Shown here piece by piece: positions 37,580-41,739 of a DNA stretch of 41,739 nt. Made by a program: the position numbers and the translations under genes. Origin of the DNA: an uncultured Erysipelotrichaceae bacterium (lineage in GTDB: Bacteria > Bacillota_I > Bacilli_A > RF39 > UBA660); contig CADBLZ010000113.1 of assembly GCA_902795675.1 (NCBI GenBank), forward strand, positions 1 to 41,739. The letters are read 5' to 3'. Position 1 is the first letter of the stretch, and each line of letters starts with the position of its first letter. The notes below the pieces were generated by a model. It was not told the DNA's origin and ran no database searches. It was given only the letters and a program-made list of their open reading frames with translations.

Positions 37580-39679
37580 CTATTTTTCAACTTTTGTAAT
37601 GCTTGTATGTGTTTTCATTAATCTTCTTATACCAAAGTTTTTGTTGAAAGCAACTGTTATGAAGTCACCATTCACTTCTACTATAACACCTTTACCATAA
37701 GTTGTGTGCATTATTACATCACCTGGTTTGAAATCAACATCAGAGTTCTTTTTGTAAAGGGTTTTTTTATCTGTTTTAGGTTTGTCATCATTAAATAACA
37801 TTTCATTATCAATATCTAGTAGGTTTTGATCTACTTCTTTAATGAATCTACTAGGTGGATTCATTGTATCTTTACCATATAACATTCTTCTTTTAGCATT
37901 ACTGATATATAGTTTTTCTCTAGCTCTTGTTATACCTACATAGCATAGTCTTCTTTCTTCTTCTAAGCCACCTTCTTCAAGGAAGGAGTTTTGGTGTGGG
38001 AAGATACCTTCTTCCATACCTATTAGGAAGACTACATCAAACTCTAAACCTTTAGCACTATGGATAGTCATTAAGGTTACTTGGTCTTCTTCTTCACGAT
38101 GTTCTGTTATATCAGCAATTAAAGATATTTCTTCGAGGAAGTCACTTAGTGATTCACTTCCTGTTCTATCTTCAAATGTTTTAGTAATAGATTTAAATTC
38201 TTCTAGGTTGTCTAAACGTAGATCTGTTTCTAGTGTTTGAGCACTCTCTAGTTCATGTTTAATACCTGTTTTATCTAGTATTAAATCAATTAAATCAGTT
38301 AATGATATGTTTTCTGATTCTTTAGTTAATTCTTCTATTAAATGTTTAAATTCTAGTTCTTTACCTTTATCGATTACTTCAAAGATTGATTTATTTTCAG
38401 TTTTTGCTTGTTGTTCTAGTTTAGCAATAGTCATGTCACCTATACCACGTTTAGGAACATTTATAACTCTTCTTAATGATATGTCATCATTATTATTAAT
38501 TATTAATTTTAAATATGCAATTAAGTCTTTAATTTCTTTACGACTGTAGAAGTAGTATGAACCAACTACACGATATGGCATACCAGCTTTTAAGAACATT
38601 TCTTCAACAAGACGACTTTGAGCGTTAGTTCTATATAGAACACCAATATTAGAATTCTTGTAACCTTCTTGTTGTAATCTTTTTATTTCATTTATAACTA
38701 ATTCTATTTCGTGACGATCATCATAAGCTCTTAAGTATTTTACTTTAGCACCGTCACCTTTTTTACTCCATAAGTTTTTTTCTTTTCTTTCTTGGTTGTT
38801 TTTAATTATAGAGTTAGCTGTATCAAGAATGTTAGTCGTTGAACGATAGTTTTCTTCTAGAGGAATTACTTTAGCATTCTTATAATCTTTTTCAAAGTTA
38901 AGAATGTTATGGAAGTCAGCTCCTCTGAATTTATAAATTGATTGGTCTGGATCACCAACAACAAAGATGTTTTTATGTTTTTTAGCTAACATTTTAGTTA
39001 GTTTATATTGAACATCATTTGTATCTTGATACTCATCTATTAGAATATATTTATATTTATCTTGATAGAATTCAAGTATTTCAGGATGATTCTTAAATAG
39101 TTCAACAGGCATTAGTAATAAGTCATCAAAATCAACTGAGTTATTTTTTATTAACACTTCTTGATAAGCATAGAATACTTCTTTAGCTATTTTCTCAGGT
39201 GGAGTATTAAGGAATCGATCCACTTCAGCGTTTGTTAACATGTTATTTTTGATAAATGATATTTTACTTCTTATATAACCTGGTGTTGTAAATTTAGGAT
39301 CATAACCATTTTCTTTCATGATTTTTTTTATGATTGAGTTAGCATCCTCTGTATCAATTATTGAAAAGTTTTTTTCTAAACCTAAATATTCATAGTTTTC
39401 TCTTATGATACGAACACCAAAGGAATGGAAAGTACCAACAAAAGCATAGTTATTAGGTACAATTTTTTCTAGTCTATCACGCATCTCTTTAGCCGCTTTA
39501 TTGGTAAATGTAATAGCTAAGATTTGGGAAGACAATATACCTTCATTAATTAAATGAGCTATTCTAGTAGTTAATACTTTTGTTTTACCTGAACCAGCAC
39601 CAGCAAGTACTAGAACTGGTCCATCAATTGTTAGAACAGCTTCTTTTTGTTTTTCATTAAGTTCATCTAAATAGTTCAT
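37580..39679 (-). CDS. pcrA: ATP-dependent DNA helicase PcrA (UvrD family, SF1)
   Basis: LNEKQKEAV, Walker A AGAGSGKT, DEYQDTN, TIHSAKGLEF, VGITRA, and a C-terminal GDVIMHTTYGKGVIV Tudor-like tail. Confidence 0.95.
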   Translation of the reverse strand: MNYLDELNEKQKEAVLTIDGPVLVLAGAGSGKTKVLTTRIAHLINEGILSSQILAITFTNKAAKEMRDRLEKIVPNNYAFVGTFHSFGVRIIRENYEYLGLEKNFSIIDTEDANSIIKKIMKENGYDPKFTTPGYIRSKISFIKNNMLTNAEVDRFLNTPPEKIAKEVFYAYQEVLIKNNSVDFDDLLLMPVELFKNHPEILEFYQDKYKYILIDEYQDTNDVQYKLTKMLAKKHKNIFVVGDPDQSIYKFRGADFHNILNFEKDYKNAKVIPLEENYRSTTNILDTANSIIKNNQERKEKNLWSKKGDGAKVKYLRAYDDRHEIELVINEIKRLQQEGYKNSNIGVLYRTNAQSRLVEEMFLKAGMPYRVVGSYYFYSRKEIKDLIAYLKLIINNNDDISLRRVINVPKRGIGDMTIAKLEQQAKTENKSIFEVIDKGKELEFKHLIEELTKESENISLTDLIDLILDKTGIKHELESAQTLETDLRLDNLEEFKSITKTFEDRTGSESLSDFLEEISLIADITEHREEEDQVTLMTIHSAKGLEFDVVFLIGMEEGIFPHQNSFLEEGGLEEERRLCYVGITRAREKLYISNAKRRMLYGKDTMNPPSRFIKEVDQNLLDIDNEMLFNDDKPKTDKKTLYKKNSDVDFKPGDVIMHTTYGKGVIVEVNGDFITVAFNKNFGIRRLMKTHTSITKVEK

Positions 39680-39720
39680 AGTTGTATCATCTCACTAAGT
39701 CCTATTATAACATTTAGGTA

Positions 39721-39751
39721 TTAAAAAAAGTAGATTAAAATCTACTTTTTT
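39721..39751 (-). terminator. Intrinsic terminator upstream of pcrA
   Basis: A-run, then AGTAGAT (39729-39735) / ATCTACT (39740-39746), then T-run. Confidence 0.6.
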
Positions 39752-39755
39752 GTAA

Positions 39756-40043
39756 CTATAAATATTCCATTATATCGACGTTTTTTTCTAGTTTTTCAAT
39801 TAGATCTTCATCGTCATATTTATTGAAGATATTTGTAAATGTTGTGTGATCTAGTAAGAACATGTTATAGAATTTAACAAATGCTACATCATAATTATTA
39901 ATACCTAAATCTTTTAAGTATTTAATATTAGATGATACTAGATCTTTCTTTGCGATGATTTCTTGTTTAGCACGGTCAGGAAAATTTGTGTTTATTAGTT
40001 CAATATATTGATCACTAATTTTTAATTCTTTTAAGAAGTCCAT
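39756..40043 (-). CDS. Small helical hypothetical protein, translationally coupled to the acidic repeat protein
   Basis: The RBS GGGGAGGA lies inside the end of the upstream gene, and the start is 2 nt after its stop. No family recognised. Confidence 0.45.
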   Translation of the reverse strand: MDFLKELKISDQYIELINTNFPDRAKQEIIAKKDLVSSNIKYLKDLGINNYDVAFVKFYNMFLLDHTTFTNIFNKYDDEDLIEKLEKNVDIMEYL

Positions 40044-40045
40044 TT

Positions 40046-41739
40046 TTATTCCTCCCCTATATTTTGATTTGCAAATTCAACTATTTCAGCAATCTTATCT
40101 TCAGATAATCTTAAGTTATATAATGCACTCATTAAGATGATTTTGTTTTGATATTTAAGTGTATCTTGCATTTCATCGTTTTCATATAGTTTTTGCATTA
40201 TATAAGATATGTTACGAGTCATTTTTGGTCTTGAAATATAAATATTACTAATGTTATATGTTCTATTATCTGAATCATCATCATTAAACATTTGACCAGC
40301 TCTGATTCGTAAGTCTTCAACTGTTGCTGTAACGCCAGCATCGCTTATATCAACATTTAATTCTTCACTATTATTGTAATCATCTAGGTAACCTAGTATT
40401 TTCTTAGTGAATTCTTCATCACCAACAAGTGCTGGTAATTTATCATTATTATTTTCAGGAAGTTCTTCAAAACTATCTTTGAATGGTTCTGTATTAGTTA
40501 TATCAATAATATAATCTGCATAAGAACCTTGTTTATTTTCATCCATTAATGGAATGTTATTTTTATTACAATAGTTAATTCTCTTAATTATTTGATCTGA
40601 GTTAAATCCAAGAACTTCTGGATTAGCTTCAATTAGTTTTGATAAGTTACTTTCTAGATAGTTATCAATTGTGTAAGCTAATTCTTTTGGTGTTTTCCAT
40701 AACATTTCAAAACTATATTTATTACTTCTCTTAATGATACTTATTACATAATCTTTTAATACTTCGATGTTTTCTCTTGCATCAATAGTACTTAATTCTG
40801 GAAGACAGATTAGTAATTCGTTACTATCTGGTTCGATATTTAATTCTGTTAAGGAATCTAAGTTGTTATAGTATGTAGCTAAATCATAGTTTAGTTTGAA
40901 TAGGTTTTCATCTGTTACATTTTCTTTTGATTTTAGTAAACGAATACGATCTCTTAGTTCTTCGTAAGGACAAGTTATACCATAATCATTTAGTAAATCA
41001 GCTATGTAGATGTTTTTAACTCCTACACTATTTAATGATTCTATTTTCTTAACGAAGTCTTTATCTGTTAGGTACATATAACCATTATGAACGTTATATA
41101 TTACATCATTATTAACAGATAATCTTCTTAAATAACCATAGTTAGAAGCAATTATGCTTTCTGGAGTTTTCTTAAGTTCTTCTAATGCTTCTGGACTAAA
41201 TTTAGATGCATCAATAGAAATTGAATCTAGGAATTTATCGATATCATCATTTAGTTTAATTGGTGTTTCTTGTAGGTCTGGTTCAGTTGTTTCTTCTTCG
41301 TCTTCTTGTTCTTCTTCTACTGGTGTTTCTTCAACAACAGGTGCTTCTACTTCTTCATCATCTTCTTCGACAACTGGAGTTTCTTCTACCTCTTCTTCAA
41401 CAGATTCTTCTTCTGAAGTTTCTTCTAGATCTGGTTCTTCTTCACTATTCATTAGTGGTTGTTCTTGTTCTTCGAATGGATTAAATGAAGATACGTCATT
41501 TTGATTTAATGAAGTTAAATCTAAATCAGCGCTTTCTTCATCTTCAGAAGCAAATTCGTTTTCAACTTCTTCTTCCTCTTCAGGTTCTTCTATAGCTGGT
41601 TCTTCTACTTCTTCAGCTACTGGAGATTCTGGAGCAAATGGAACACTAGGTGTTTCAATTACTGGTTCTTCAATAGGAGCTTCTTCAACTTCTTCTTCAA
41701 CAACTGGAGTTTCTTCAACAACAGGAGCTTCTACTTCTA
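40046..41739 (-). CDS. Large acidic-repeat protein with helical C-terminal domain; 5' end outside the window
   Basis: The track calls 468 aa from the ATG at 41452. My translation of the same frame stays open from 41453 to the window edge (...EVEAPVVEETPVVEEEVEEAPIEEP...FEEQEQPL-MNSEEEP...), so the gene is probably 5'-partial. An internal start at 41452 cannot be excluded. Confidence 0.5.
   Translation of the reverse strand, partial: EVEAPVVEETPVVEEEVEEAPIEEPVIETPSVPFAPESPVAEEVEEPAIEEPEEEEEVENEFASEDEESADLDLTSLNQNDVSSFNPFEEQEQPLMNSEEEPDLEETSEEESVEEEVEETPVVEEDDEEVEAPVVEETPVEEEQEDEEETTEPDLQETPIKLNDDIDKFLDSISIDASKFSPEALEELKKTPESIIASNYGYLRRLSVNNDVIYNVHNGYMYLTDKDFVKKIESLNSVGVKNIYIADLLNDYGITCPYEELRDRIRLLKSKENVTDENLFKLNYDLATYYNNLDSLTELNIEPDSNELLICLPELSTIDARENIEVLKDYVISIIKRSNKYSFEMLWKTPKELAYTIDNYLESNLSKLIEANPEVLGFNSDQIIKRINYCNKNNIPLMDENKQGSYADYIIDITNTEPFKDSFEELPENNNDKLPALVGDEEFTKKILGYLDDYNNSEELNVDISDAGVTATVEDLRIRAGQMFNDDDSDNRTYNISNIYISRPKMTRNISYIMQKLYENDEMQDTLKYQNKIILMSALYNLRLSEDKIAEIVEFANQNIGEE
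41317..41739 (-). repeat. Imperfect intragenic repeats encoding E/V/P/T-rich units
   Basis: The 39-nt segment 41701-41739 (caactggagtttcttcaacaacaggagcttctacttcta) recurs at 41317-41355 with 4 mismatches. There is a partial third copy (caactggagtttcttc) at 41371-41386. Confidence 0.7.

Overview
This is a 41.7-kb, very AT-rich chromosomal segment with low-GC Gram-positive (Bacillota) gene content: LtaS-family enzyme, CIRCE operator, PcrA-LigA neighbourhood, Tex, DusB, CCA-adding enzyme. The standard genetic code applies, since all long ORFs are intact and Trp is TGG. I support about 36 CDS, mostly on the minus strand and tightly packed, each unit ending in an A-run/T-run hairpin terminator. 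There are two tRNA genes: Asn-GTT, and a Gly-UCC-like gene with an atypical anticodon loop. I saw no CRISPR array, no rRNA, and no recognisable IS, transposase or integrase.

The feature that gene content does not explain is a 1.2-kb stretch (8863-10064) with no ORF of 60 aa or more on either strand. On the minus strand it is bounded by a near-consensus promoter just after the dusB stop and by a strong intrinsic terminator just before the FIST-operon promoter. It contains GC-rich islands and many hairpins whose G.U pairs mostly work only in the minus sense. I read it as a candidate ~1.1-kb structured non-coding RNA that I cannot assign to any family from memory.

Secondary observations:
- A Mesh1/SpoT-type HD protein with substituted active-site residues, next to a MazG-like gene.
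- A stand-alone ClpB-D1-like AAA+ ATPase beside tRNA-Asn.
- A promoter, ~100-nt leader and terminator element in front of an uncharacterised ABC-2 operon.
- A degenerate GGDEF (DGNEF) sensor protein.
- A CIRCE-controlled hsp20.
- A tRNA-flanked metallophosphoesterase plus unknown gene pair.
- A highly acidic repeat protein whose reading frame runs off the window edge.

All family calls come from motif recognition by eye. No database search was possible.
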